Assembly (NCBI GenBank): GCA_034780895.1
Contig: JAUZTB010000027.1
Span: 39,428,113-39,492,112 of the forward strand
Length of the DNA: 64,000 nt
Direction of reading: 5' to 3'
DNA from: Rhynchobatus australiae
Taxonomy: Eukaryota
The notes beneath the pieces were generated by a model. That model saw only the letters and a program-made list of their open reading frames with translations, was not told where the DNA came from and did no database searches. Position numbers and translations under genes: made by a program. Below are positions 63,791-64,000 of the stretch, piece by piece (the stretch's first letter is position 1; each line of letters begins with the position of its first letter).

Positions 63791-64000
63791 TCTAGACACA
63801 GGAACAGGAGGAATCAACTGATTGTGGGTGAATACAGGGGTTGGCCTTGCCCACTGAGCAGGATACTGATTACGGACAGTGAGTCACGGTGAGCTAAACT
63901 GCATAACTATGCTGTCCCACCTCAGTGTGGTTCCTGTTGGGCAGCACCTATGCCAGCTAAGTGGGCCTTCAAGAAGTTGCTGGGTGCATACGTAGGTTCA

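Noticed and set aside
59900-64000. A divergently transcribed neighbouring gene
   Set aside because: No recognisable exon or second CpG island; the region is mostly repeats.

Overview
Eukaryotic, AT-rich, repeat-dense vertebrate DNA. The repeat content (CR1 and L2 LINEs, V-SINE/HE1-like and Deu-domain SINEs, Penelope-like fragments) points to a cartilaginous fish; that assignment is inferred from repeat recognition. One protein-coding gene is supported: the 5' end of an FHOD-family formin on the minus strand, best called FHOD1. Its three coding exons (59463-59299, 41951-41845, 17193-17129) splice in frame through canonical GT-AG introns of 17.3 kb, 24.7 kb and >17 kb. A CpG-island promoter lies at about 59.2-59.9 kb. 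The rest is intron or upstream DNA filled with decayed CR1, L2, RTE, Tx1-like, Penelope-like and Ty3/Gypsy relics plus SINEs, with several N-gaps. Nearly all ORFs in the supplied track are spurious or transposon debris. I found no convincing new multi-gene system. The best second-look items are hairpin-shaped Penelope-derived mini-insertions with 14-bp target-site duplications and decayed hammerhead-ribozyme cores, a 156-bp direct duplication bracketing exon 2, a CR1 copy with an inverted 5' segment, and SINE tail swapping. Repeat boundaries are approximate and family names come from motif recognition, not database searches.
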